Below are positions 59,795-64,000 of a DNA stretch of 64,000 nt, piece after piece. The position numbers and the translations under genes were made by a program. Within the stretch, counting starts at the first letter, position 1. Every line of letters starts with the position of its first letter. The stretch is taken from assembly GCA_047602405.1 (NCBI GenBank), contig JASGHJ010000002.1, forward strand, positions 2,240,001 to 2,304,000, given 5' to 3'. This stretch comes from Anaeromyxobacteraceae bacterium. GTDB taxonomy: Bacteria; Myxococcota; Myxococcia; Myxococcales; Anaeromyxobacteraceae. The notes under the pieces were generated by a model. It did no database searches. It saw only the letters and a list, made by a program, of their open reading frames with translations, and had not been told where the DNA came from.

Positions 59795-60814
59795 GTGACC
59801 GTTCATGAACTCGTCGGGCTCGACTACGCCCGCTTCCTCCAGCATCAGAAGCTCCACCCGATCTCCTGTCACGGGGCGCTCACGGTCTCCGGCAGCGCGT
59901 GGTGTACCTGCCCGCGCGGCTTCGCCTGTCAGAACCCCGGGAAGCACCCGGTGGGTGCCGGGTGGCAGCGCCAGGACCGCGAGCAGGCGTTGGCGCTCCT
60001 CGCGGAGCACCCGGACTGGAACATCGGCCACGTCACCGGCACGGTCTCCCGGACGATCATCTTGGACGTGGACGAGGGTGTCCGAGTCGTCGGCGGCCAG
60101 GCGGTCACGAAGCAGGGCTACGCCTCCTTGAACCGCCTGGAGCAGCAGTACGGTCCGCTCCCGGCCACCATCTCCTGGATCACTGGGTCTGGCACCGGTG
60201 GACAGCGGGCGTTCTCCATCCCCGAGGGCGTGGTCACGCCGCGCAACAGCGCCGGCAAGCTCGCGCCCGACATCGACATCCGTGGCGAGGGCGGCTTCGG
60301 CGTCCTGCCGCCCTCCACGCACCTCTCCGGCAACCGCTACCGCTGGAGGAAGGGGCACGCGCCGGGGGAGATCGAGCTGGCGCCGCTGCCCGAGACCTGG
60401 CTGAACGCGATCCTCGCGTTGTGCCCGACCTCGAAGCCCTCCTGCCCCACCACGCGGGCTCCCGTTCCCCTCCCCACGGATGCGGCCCGAGCGTCTGCCG
60501 TGAAGCGCGCCACCCAGTACGCCACGGCCATGGGGCCGGCCATCAGCGGCCAGTATGGGCACGACCACACCTTCGACGTGGTGTGCCGCGTGGTCGAGCG
60601 CGTCCTCACCGAGGCGGACGCCTGGAACGTCCTCATCGACTGGAACGCGACGTGCCGGCCGCCCTGGTCCGACCGCGAGCTTCGCCACAAGCTCCGTGAC
60701 GCGGTCCGGGCGCACGTACCAGGTGCGCTGGCCGGCTCGGGACCTCCGAACCGGCGCCCTGGGCGGCGGCCCGTCGATGAGGACTTCCTCGCGCGGCTGT
60801 TCCGCGAACCCTGA
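59795..60814 (+). CDS. Bifunctional DNA primase/polymerase (Prim-Pol) with PriCT-like C-terminus
   Basis: CTC...C..PGKHP, NIGHVTG, ILDVD, TGSG, IDIRGEGGFGVLPPSTHLSGNRYRW, WNATCRPPWSDREL; AGGAG-N5-GTG. Confidence 0.9.
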   Translation: MTVHELVGLDYARFLQHQKLHPISCHGALTVSGSAWCTCPRGFACQNPGKHPVGAGWQRQDREQALALLAEHPDWNIGHVTGTVSRTIILDVDEGVRVVGGQAVTKQGYASLNRLEQQYGPLPATISWITGSGTGGQRAFSIPEGVVTPRNSAGKLAPDIDIRGEGGFGVLPPSTHLSGNRYRWRKGHAPGEIELAPLPETWLNAILALCPTSKPSCPTTRAPVPLPTDAARASAVKRATQYATAMGPAISGQYGHDHTFDVVCRVVERVLTEADAWNVLIDWNATCRPPWSDRELRHKLRDAVRAHVPGALAGSGPPNRRPGRRPVDEDFLARLFREP

Positions 60815-60835
60815 CCAGGGTCCCGAGGAGCACAC

Positions 60836-62071
60836 ATGAACCAGCAGAACGAGCAGCAGCCGACGGCTACCCCGTCGAACCCCTACATGGAGCGGATCAA
60901 GTCCTTCGACCAGGAGGCGCTCACGACCGATCCCGAGCCCGCGAAGTTCATCTGGCAGGGCGTGCCTGACGAGCCCGGGAAGGTGAGCGTCCTTGTCGGC
61001 GTGGGCGGCACCGGCAAGTCGGCCCTCACGCTGGGGCTCGCCACCGCGCGAGCCCTGGGGCGCGACTTCATGGGCCGGAAGACGAAGCCCGGCACGACCG
61101 TGATCATCTCGAAGGAGGACTCCCGGGCCGACTACCGCCGGAAGCTCGCGGCGCAGCGCTTCGTCCTGGGCGACCAGTTCGATCCGCAGCGCATCGAGGA
61201 GCACGTCTTCGTCATGGACGTGTTGGGCGACCCCGCGATGCTGGTGGCGTCGGGCTACGGCAACTCGGCGGACCCGAACACCGAACTCGTCAAGCACTGG
61301 ACGGACGCCATCAACACCGCCGCCCCCGCTGCCGACCTCATCATCCTGGAGACCGGTTCCCGGCTGACGCCGTCGGAGGACAACTCGGGCCTCTCGGCGC
61401 TCGTCACCGCGTGCGAGTCGCTCGGGCTCCTCACCGGCTGCGTCGTCGTCCTCGTCCACCACACCGGGAAGGAGGCGGGGCGCAACGGGTTCACCGACCT
61501 CTACACGGGTCGGGGCGGCTCCTCCCTGGCCGACAACGCTCGGGCCGTGATGGTGTTGACCAACTACCCCCAGGACAAGACTGCTCGGGAGCGGCTTGGC
61601 GTCGCCGTGCCCGAGGAGGTGGCTCCCCGCGCCCTTGTCCTGTCCGTGCCCAAGCAGAACGGTGCGCCGCCGCCGCCGCCCCTCCTCATCGAGAAGATCG
61701 CGACCCCGTGGGCGCTCACGATGCGCGAGATCGACGGCGAGGCGCTGGCCCGTGCCGGGGCGGCTGCCCACAAGGTCCGCGTGTCGCAGGCGGTCCGCGC
61801 GCTCGCTGAGGCCGTCGAGGCCGCGACGGAGGCCGGGCAGACGGTCACCCGCCGGTCGATCACGAAGCGCGAGGTCGAGGGCATCGACCCGGAGACCTTC
61901 CCGAAGGAGTTCCTGGCCGAGGTGCTCGCTCAGGCCCTGGCGTGCCGCGCGCTGATCGAGGAGCCCGGGACGCGGAAGGGGCACTTCGTCCTGCGTGCCG
62001 ACCCTGACTGGTTCCTGAACCAGCCGGCCGCCAACGAGGAGATGGCCGACGCCGATCGGCACGCTGCCTGA
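60836..62071 (+). CDS. AAA_25 / RepA(RSF1010)-like helicase ATPase
   Basis: Walker A GVGGTGKS, SKED, LIILET, VLVHHTGK, GRGGSSLADNAR, KQN; GAGGAG SD. Confidence 0.85.
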   Translation: MNQQNEQQPTATPSNPYMERIKSFDQEALTTDPEPAKFIWQGVPDEPGKVSVLVGVGGTGKSALTLGLATARALGRDFMGRKTKPGTTVIISKEDSRADYRRKLAAQRFVLGDQFDPQRIEEHVFVMDVLGDPAMLVASGYGNSADPNTELVKHWTDAINTAAPAADLIILETGSRLTPSEDNSGLSALVTACESLGLLTGCVVVLVHHTGKEAGRNGFTDLYTGRGGSSLADNARAVMVLTNYPQDKTARERLGVAVPEEVAPRALVLSVPKQNGAPPPPPLLIEKIATPWALTMREIDGEALARAGAAAHKVRVSQAVRALAEAVEAATEAGQTVTRRSITKREVEGIDPETFPKEFLAEVLAQALACRALIEEPGTRKGHFVLRADPDWFLNQPAANEEMADADRHAA

Positions 62072-62078
62072 TCCGCTC

Positions 62079-62109
62079 GCCCCCACCTGGCAGGAGGCCG
62101 GGTGGGGGC
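62079..62109 (+). terminator. Hairpin between convergent genes
   Basis: GCCCCCACCTGGC...GCCGGGTGGGGGC directly after the helicase stop codon. Confidence 0.45.
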
Positions 62110-62212
62110 ATCCTTGCCGGCCCCGGCGACCTACGGGACTTCCGGCTCGGCCAGAACCAAGGGCGTGGTCAGGCTGAACTCGACCTGTTGGAGCATCGCC
62201 TCTCGGGGTCGG

Positions 62213-62615
62213 CTACTTGCCGCCGGTCCTCGGCTTATCGCTTCCATGCCCAACGTGTTCACTCAACGGCTCGTCGCAGTTCCGAAGGACCTCACCCGTC
62301 TCGATATCGACAACGTGCTCGACGTACCTGTCGTGCTCCCTGTCGATGAGCCGGTCCTTCTTCACCCATCCGCCCGTGGCCTTCCTGATCTCGTCGCCCG
62401 ACAGACCCTCCAGGACGGGGTCCTTCTTCCCCGGCTGCTTGACCTTGAACCCAACCCGGTCGTGAGCGTGGCAGTGGTCCCCGATCTCCTCATGGATGGT
62501 GCGCGCGGTCTCCCCGCACGCGCACCGCCGATCAGTCGCCTCTGCTGCGCTAGCAGGCTTCTTCATCGATCGTGGCGCCGCAACGACTGCACGTAACGAA
62601 CGACCTTCCGGCCAT
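62213..62615 (-). CDS. Zinc-ribbon hypothetical protein; frameshift near 62560
   Basis: MAGRSFVTCSRCGATIDE in one frame joins ...RRCACG...LIDREHDRYVEHVVDIETGEV...EPLSEHVGHGS in the next. Confidence 0.6.
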
Positions 62616-62649
62616 GGCGACAGCGTACCTGAGCGCCATGTCATCGCCA

Positions 62650-63081
62650 TCAGCCCATGTCGGCGAAGAACGACCCTCTCCGGACCTTGGGGCGGGCGAC
62701 CTCCGGCGACGCGCCCGCCTCCTCCTGCGCCAGGGCGGCACGAGTCGCCTCCACCATGCTGACGAGAGCCGCGCCCTCCAGGACGGGCACCGTCTCGACC
62801 GGCGCGTCGTCAGCGGGGACCTGCGCTTCCGGCCGGCATGCCGGATCGAGCTCCTCCTGGTCGTGGAGCGCGTCGAGCACGTCCTGAAGCTGGCCTATCG
62901 CCTCGGTGATGATCCCTCGCTCCTGCTCGACCGGCGGCTGCCGGGAGGCATGCCGGCTGATCCACAACCGCAAGGTGCGCGGGCTGATCCCGTGCTGGGC
63001 CGCGTAGTCCTCCTGGTTCAGGGCAGAGGTCGCCCACCCCCGGGCGATCGCGGCCCGGGTCTTCGCGTCGATGCTGTCCAT
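62650..63081 (-). CDS. HTH protein (IS66 TnpA-like N-terminus)
   Basis: WATSALNQEDYAAQHGISPRTLRLW. Confidence 0.55.
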   Translation of the reverse strand: MDSIDAKTRAAIARGWATSALNQEDYAAQHGISPRTLRLWISRHASRQPPVEQERGIITEAIGQLQDVLDALHDQEELDPACRPEAQVPADDAPVETVPVLEGAALVSMVEATRAALAQEEAGASPEVARPKVRRGSFFADMG

Positions 63082-63143
63082 GGCCGGTAGATTGCCGTCG
63101 GGTGCCGGCAGGCATACCGGCCCTGACCACGACGAGCAGGTAC

Positions 63144-63725
63144 CTAGAGCACCGAGCCCCGCGTGAACCACTCCTCGCCCGGCTCGGGATACGGAAACGC
63201 AGGCGTCACATCGCACTGAAGCCCGGTCGCGGCCAACGCCCGACGAACTCGCATCAGTTGCGCAGCCTTGTCCCGGACGACGACCGGTCCGGCGTCCTTC
63301 ATCATCTTCGCCGCGACCATGAGGCTCACGCCAAGGGCACTTGCTACGACGCGGACCTGCGCCTTGTCATGCGAGTCGCCGCCGCTAATGCGGAGTTCGT
63401 AGACCGACCCGTCCTGATCCACCGGATGCAATGGCATCCGGATCGTCCTCACCGGCAGGATGGCCTTCAGGAAGCCCGCGAGACGAGCCGCTTCCGTGGG
63501 GGCGGTCTTCCCGAGACGCGCCGCGAAGTCCGCAACCGCGCGAAGGTCTGTTGCGTCATTCTCCAGCAGTCGCATCGAGACGGTGTGCACCTCGTCCAAG
63601 ACATCACGAGGAGCGCCATCGAGCATCATATCGACGGCAGCAGGATCGTTCGGGCAGTACCGCTCGAAGGCGGACCAAAGGTAGTCGAGTCCCGGCAGTT
63701 CGGTTCGGCCAACCATGGCTCGCAT
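63144..63725 (-). CDS. Hypothetical protein, possible L7/L12-like C-terminal module
   Basis: YELRISGG...KAQVRVVASALGVSLMVAAKMM...RRALAATG. Confidence 0.5.
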   Translation of the reverse strand: MRAMVGRTELPGLDYLWSAFERYCPNDPAAVDMMLDGAPRDVLDEVHTVSMRLLENDATDLRAVADFAARLGKTAPTEAARLAGFLKAILPVRTIRMPLHPVDQDGSVYELRISGGDSHDKAQVRVVASALGVSLMVAAKMMKDAGPVVVRDKAAQLMRVRRALAATGLQCDVTPAFPYPEPGEEWFTRGSVL

Positions 63726-63968
63726 TGTGGGGCCTGACGAACGCGCGCGCTACGGTTCCCTTCGTCAACGGCCGCTCGTCGCCCTGGGCCGACTCCGCGC
63801 GTACGTGACAAGGCAACGGCATGCCGCTCGGCATCACGGCTTGGTGGCCTCCAGCCCCTCCGTGAACCCCAGCAGCCGAAGTCGCCCCGGGTGAACCGAA
63901 CCCCGGTCTGGCCTGCGTTACAGATCTGTAGAGGGGTCGATCAACGACTCCGCTCGGAGGAGCACGAC

Positions 63969-64000
63969 ATGTCGAAGAAGGTGATGAAGCTGATGGACGA
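63969..64000 (+). CDS. 5' end of a CDS truncated by the window edge
   Basis: GGAGGAG-N6-ATG, MSKKVMKLMD... Confidence 0.55.
   Translation, partial: MSKKVMKLMD

Larger units (their letters stand above)
50549..64000. mobile_element. tRNA-Arg-integrated element (genomic island or satellite-like), right end outside the window
   Basis: att fragment at the left edge, visibly lower GC and relaxed codon usage, Prim-Pol plus helicase, R-M and HEPN cargo. No integrase in the window. Confidence 0.75.

Noticed and set aside
62650..63081. IS66 element
   Set aside because: Only a TnpA-like HTH; no TnpB/TnpC genes or terminal inverted repeats seen.

Overview
Very GC-rich myxobacterial DNA. The gene repertoire (MYXO-CTERM motif, HDOD, CcsA/ResB, short sigma-70 paralogue) suggests Anaeromyxobacter; this is inferred, not database-checked. 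Positions 1-50,500 look like host chromosome: a sensor kinase, a CDF transporter, a sigma factor plus B12-binding regulator operon, MFS and ECF transporters, DUF72, a TetR-controlled RND pump, HDOD, a sugar-binding protein plus MCP, hydrolases, large secreted repeat proteins (NHL, Kelch-OmpA, Ig/beta-helix), system II cytochrome c maturation, DAHP synthase, an ABC exporter and TerC. At 50,549-50,592 lies the 3' half of a tRNA-Arg(CCT), an att-like duplication. It marks the left edge of an integrated element that runs past the window end. The element carries Prim-Pol plus a RepA/DnaB-like helicase, a HEPN protein, a fused BsuBI/PstI-type methylase-endonuclease and several unknown nuclease-like or membrane genes that form a candidate defence operon. 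About eight single-base frameshifts break otherwise intact genes and are probably sequencing errors; several sit at or next to GATC. Most long ORFs in the supplied track are GC-rich shadow frames.
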